From assembly GCA_900128395.1 (NCBI GenBank), contig LT649259.1:1-55946 (forward strand): a stretch of DNA of 55,946 nt, read 5' to 3'. Position numbers and translations under genes: made by a program. Shown here in pieces: positions 54,336 through 55,946 of this stretch; position 1 is the stretch's first letter; every line of letters begins with the position of its first letter. The stretch comes from Stramenopiles sp. TOSAG23-2 (taxonomy: Eukaryota). The notes beneath the pieces are model-generated. The model saw only the letters and a list, made by a program, of their open reading frames with translations, was not told the DNA's origin and did no database searches.

Positions 54336-54971
54336 CTTCCACGACATTATTGATAGGAAATGAAAGTAGTAGTGTCGCGTATTTAAGTACAACATAAGGC
54401 ACATTCATCATACATATCATTCTCTAAACATTGTCATATACAAATTTGAATACAAACAATCACCAATGTTATTTATTTATATCTATACAAACATTATATA
54501 TTTGCTTTCCCTCCTCTATCTGTATGTTTGGTATGTTTATTTGACATATTTCTAAAATATGATAACTATTGTTTGTACTTTTTTGTAGTGTCGTGGCAAA
54601 GGGCATACTGGCTAACTTTTTATGACGTATACGAACATTTGTACATAATAATATAAGAATATTCCTATTTATTTGTAAGGATTATTAGTATACCAATAAA
54701 TGTACTTATTATTCTAGAATTATAGTTGTAGAAAATTAAGCCCATAAAAATAAAAAGGTTTTGAAAAGAAAAGAGGTGAATACCAGCAAAATACAAGAGA
54801 ATGATGAAAAAAAGGAGGAAGGTTGTTTGGTACTGTCTGTAGTTTCGGCCTCTGTGTGGTGTTCATCACATGTATTTTGTACTCTTCTATAGGGGATAAA
54901 TGAAATACTAAAAAGAAGAGAAAGGTGCAAAAGGAAAGAAGGAAGAAAAGAAAAGAACATTACAAAATTTC

Positions 54972-55316
54972 TTGTGTCTTTTAATCAACATTTTCAAAGA
55001 AAAAGTAGAAAGAATAGAAGGTTCTTGTAAAAATGACTTTTCAAAAGTTGAAGCTTTTAAAGATGGCTCATTCAAATGGTGGTGTTCAAAATCACCGGGA
55101 CTTTGTGCATGTATACAAACGATATCAAAATCTGGGGAAGAACAAACATTTCAAGGAGGAAATGTCGTTCTTACGTTATTCAAGCATGGCGGCCATGTGG
55201 GGTATGAAATTAGCAACAAGGATGACGGTAAAGTATGGGAGTATGGCTATGTGAATGATGGTAAAATGGGTAGGCGAAGAAGGAGGTTGTTCCAACAGCA
55301 TGCAAGTGGCTGTTAA
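54972..55316 (+). CDS. Small protein or 3' gene fragment ending GRRRRRLFQQHASGC; start uncertain
   Basis: 114-codon open frame with coding-like composition, but it begins at GTG and has no convincing ATG. Confidence 0.45.
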   Translation: MCLLINIFKEKVERIEGSCKNDFSKVEAFKDGSFKWWCSKSPGLCACIQTISKSGEEQTFQGGNVVLTLFKHGGHVGYEISNKDDGKVWEYGYVNDGKMGRRRRRLFQQHASGC

Positions 55317-55946
55317 GAGTTTAAGAGAGGTTGTTGTCTTCGTGCAGTGGTTCATCGTGCGCACCTGGTGGATCTTAAATGATACGCGCTCAGGAATTGT
55401 TGATTCTTTATCTACTCGTTGCATTAATAAGACTCAAATTAAAAGCTTTATATATGGTATGATAATGAATTTGGATATTCCTGGCGTATGTACGAATTAG
55501 CTATACGAGTTGGACAAGAAATGTGATTTAAATGCGAGGTATAAAATTTTGTATTTTAAAAATAAAAAAAATAAAAATACTCTCCTCTGATTCAAATTTT
55601 TATTTATTTATCTTATACACACACACCAGGTACTCTGGACTCTGGACACCAGAGATTTTCCTTGAAATACAGTACAGGTATAAGGTATACCACCAGTGGT
55701 AAGTACCTGGTACAGAATTGAAATTTACAGCTAGCATAGACACAGTTGTGATAGCGTAAGCACGTAAGTTTACCATGCCCGCATGGTTATGGTGATAATA
55801 ATAATAGTTGCTATAATTAGTGCATTATATTATATACCCAAAATTGTATGTGCAAATAATATATTTATTGAAAAGTAGATATATGGAGTACATATAGTGA
55901 AGAACCCATCTTTTTCATACTTAAAACCATCTTATGATACATTAAA

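Overview
This is AT-rich, gene-dense, almost intron-free eukaryotic DNA, not prokaryotic. Evidence includes a 3R-MYB, a FYVE/SH3 protein, a CELF-type RRM, an MRH/ATG27-like receptor, one clear GT-AG intron and poly-Asn/Gln tracts. A marine heterotrophic stramenopile-like protist assembled from environmental reads is my inference, not something the sequence proves. The window holds about 19 protein-coding genes or gene fragments, one scaffold gap (12355-12768) flanked by poly-G/A and a perfect (CGAACGTG)n array, a MITE with 50-bp TIRs and a second dispersed repeat family. The most notable items are: (1) a single-ORF fusion of a threonine-synthase-family PLP enzyme to an ornithine cyclodeaminase/mu-crystallin domain; (2) its convergent neighbour, a eukaryote-encoded AlkB alkane 1-monooxygenase with all His boxes intact; (3) a TRANK1-like SF1 helicase with a RelE/ParE-like module; (4) a 2701-aa ARM protein with six ~200-aa repeats I do not recognise; (5) a positional non-coding pattern, with TACCWGGTA palindromes and (TA)n upstream of genes, and (GA)n/(GT)n, CGAACG motifs and a ~200-bp repeat downstream. 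Several 56-126 bp tandem duplications, one of which frameshifts a gene, look like assembly or haplotype-join artefacts. All family calls come from motif recognition by eye; no searches were run.
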